Assembly: GCA_964270895.1 (NCBI GenBank)
Contig: OZ185436.1
Source: Podarcis filfolensis
Lineage: Eukaryota
Strand: one strand, 5' to 3'
DNA: 64,000 nucleotides
The notes beneath the pieces are model-generated. The model made no database searches. It saw nothing but the letters and a program-made list of their open reading frames with translations, and was not told the origin of the DNA. Position numbers and translations under genes: made by a program. Within the stretch, counting starts at the first letter, position 1; each line of letters opens with the position of its first letter. Positions 62,906 through 64,000 of this stretch are shown here, in pieces.

Positions 62906-63147
62906 CAGTGGTACCTCGGGTTACATACGCTTCAGGTTACATATGCTTCAGGTTACACACTCCGCTAACCCAGAAATGGTGCTTCAGGTTAAGAACTTTG
63001 CTTCAGGATAAGAACAGAAATCGTGCTCTGGTGGCGTGGCAGCAGCAGGAGGCCCCATTAGCTAAAGTGGTGCTTCAGGTTAAGAACAGTTTCAGGTTAA
63101 GAACGGACCTCCGGAACGAATTAAGTACTTAACGCGAGGTACCACTG
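62906..63147. mobile_element. Tc1/mariner (Tigger-like) MITE, 242 bp, TA TSD
   Basis: TIR CAGTGGTACCTCG(G/C)GTTA, TA flanks. Third copy of the family. Confidence 0.92.
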
Positions 63148-64000
63148 TATTGATTGCCATGAACTCAAGATAGCATCCCATTTATCACCCTTGATGTTCA
63201 AGCAAACAGAAACGAGTAGAACCATTTGAGCTGCATCCAAATAGTGAAACAGAAAGGTGTAGGTCTCAAGCAGAATATGAGAGATTGTGTCCTTCAGCCC
63301 TTTGCACTGATTATTAGCAGAATAGCAAAACCACTGAAGACAGAGGGCAAGAAACAATGAAGAGAAAGTAAACTGTATATTATCGCATATAACACACAAC
63401 ACCAATAACCAATGAGCAAATATTAACTAAAAAGCAGTGAATTTATGGCCTAATGGTTCCGACCTCAGTGACCATATTTCTTCTCATGCAGATGCTCATT
63501 TACCATTACAGATAGGCCAGTGTTAAAAAAGAACGGTTGGTCATCAGATCTACCCTTCAGCAGCAAACTGATCTGTATCTTTCTGCAAAGACATACACTG
63601 ACAGCTGAAAACTGGTGCTTAAATATTACCTCCCAGAAGTGACAGGAGGAAAAAATATATACACTTCCAGTGGAACTGAGTCAGCACTTGTACTGTTAAC
63701 CTGAGAAAAAAAAGTGAAGGACATCTTCAAAAGTGAAGTTTGTTCTTGTACAGTATGAGTGGCTAGTCTTGCAGGGATGGAACTTAACCATAGTTAAGTT
63801 TATAGTTTATAGTCTGAACTTAACCATGTTAACGTGGAAATAAGTCCCGCTCTAATTCAATGCAATTTAGGCTGCAATATTAGCCCCACTTAGCTGGGCG
63901 TAGGCCCTGCTACACTTATTTCTAAGTAGACATGGTTGGGATTAAAGTCTTACTTCCTGATAGGAAAGTTTAGGATTGTAGGCTCAAAGCAAAGCATGAC

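Noticed and set aside
23000-64000. Exons of a neighbouring gene (CNTN6 expected by amniote synteny) or CRISPR-like arrays
   Set aside because: No Ig/FN3 coding exons or regularly spaced repeat-spacer arrays seen. Repeats are microsatellites and TEs.

Overview
Vertebrate (squamate reptile, probably lacertid lizard, judged from Sauria SINE, BovB, CR1 and Squam-type SINE content) genomic DNA. The first ~23 kb holds the 3' half of CHL1 (close homolog of L1, + strand): 8 coding exons with GT-AG junctions in continuous frame (FN3 repeats 3-4, half FN3-5, transmembrane helix, cytoplasmic tail with FIGAY), then a ~4.9 kb 3' UTR. The rest is gene-free as far as I can see and dense in transposable elements: Sauria SINEs with TSDs, BovB and other RTE, CR1 and L2 fragments, three solo LTRs with 5-bp TSDs, and hAT and Tc1/mariner MITEs. 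The most unusual object is a young Ngaro-type tyrosine-recombinase retroelement (~59650-62493, - strand). It lacks gag and reverse transcriptase but keeps open RNase H, tyrosine recombinase and SGNH-hydrolase ORFs. The hydrolase has no ATG and starts right after a strong splice acceptor. About 1 kb away lies a decayed Ngaro-type RT relic in the opposite orientation. The long CHL1 intron 4786-11951 has several candidate cryptic or alternative exons and a dense YCAY cluster. All family names come from my recognition of motifs, not from database searches.
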